DNA from: Paramoeba atlantica
Lineage: Eukaryota; Protista; Discosea
Assembly: GCA_977017575.1 (NCBI GenBank)
Contig: CDRNVI010000011.1
Span: 124,001-188,000 of the forward strand
DNA length: 64,000 nt
Direction: 5' to 3'
The notes under the pieces were generated by a model that had not been told where the DNA came from, searched no databases, and worked only from the letters and a program-made list of their open reading frames with translations. Numbering within the stretch: position 1 is the first letter of the stretch; each line of letters opens with the position of its first letter. This document shows, piece by piece, positions 63,469-64,000 of the stretch. The translations under genes were made by a program, and so were the position numbers.

Positions 63469-64000
63469 ATGGTTCGTCGACAAATATCGCGGAACCATAA
63501 TAAAAGAGCGTACGAAGAAATTAAACCACCTGCTTGGAAACCTGCGTTATCATGGGTGGCATCACGCTGTGCTCCCTGTGCCTTGTTTATCTATGTACAC
63601 TATGCATATCCTGATCTAGAGGACCGGCTTGATCGCTGGGGAGCAAATTTCTATATTCTTCGTGGAACTCCATCACTTCACCGGGTTCTTACTCATGTAA
63701 TAGTACATGCTTCCGAACGTCATCTTTGGAGTAACGTACTGTCCTACTTTGTCGCCGTTGCAACCACGCCAAGAATGCAATCGTTACAGTGTTTTTATGG
63801 TGTATTTATTGGAGGAGCTTTATACGGGTTATCAGCCACGTACTTAGAGCACAAATATCACCGAACACGTTCGGGTAACAAGTACGGGCTTGGAATTCAA
63901 ATGCTGGCTACTGTCATTAGCTCGGCACAAAAGCTGTGGCAGGATCGCATACCTTTTTGTGGCTCGTCGGCCGGCATCTATGCTCTTCTCTGTTACAATG
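63469..64000 (+). CDS. Rhomboid-family intramembrane protease (runs off window end)
   Basis: My own translation, not in the ORF track: MVRRQ..VHASERHLWSNV..FIGGALYG..FCGSSAGIYALL; H-x4-H-x3-N and GxS motifs. Confidence 0.7.
   Translation, partial: MVRRQISRNHNKRAYEEIKPPAWKPALSWVASRCAPCALFIYVHYAYPDLEDRLDRWGANFYILRGTPSLHRVLTHVIVHASERHLWSNVLSYFVAVATTPRMQSLQCFYGVFIGGALYGLSATYLEHKYHRTRSGNKYGLGIQMLATVISSAQKLWQDRIPFCGSSAGIYALLCYN

Overview
Intron-free eukaryotic DNA in which about 27 housekeeping-type genes all lie on the + strand, with short AT-rich spacers and the standard genetic code. This is the polycistronic layout of kinetoplastids. Spliced-leader (SL) core sequences (ACAGTTTCTGTAC) support that assignment. 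A Merlin transposon and a short LRR protein point tentatively to a Perkinsela-like organism (inference). Genes include COQ10, PEX11, a PLD-type cardiolipin-synthase-like enzyme, cyclophilin, a K+ channel, a kinase, mitochondrial KAS, a ZNFX1-like helicase, two LCAT-family lipases, EMC1, guanylate kinase and TRM8. Mobile DNA is abundant: a Tc1/mariner family (one near-complete copy plus two deleted derivatives), an intact Merlin with 24-bp TIRs and an 8-bp TSD, and three hAT-like remnants, one with 27-bp TIRs and a 6-bp TSD. The main finding is an intact 5.6-kb two-ORF RT/REL non-LTR retrotransposon flanked by a 24-bp duplication of the SL exon 3' end. Its enzyme motifs look HERO/NeSL-like rather than CRE/SLACS-like, it has five copies of an unusual CxHxCxxKxxCxHxCC motif, and extra SL fragments are stacked at its 5' junction. 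Also notable are recurrent C-rich to G-rich skew-inversion islands inside genes and a tRNA-Met-like pseudo-gene followed by a structured GC-rich segment. All family assignments come from motif recognition; no database searches were run.
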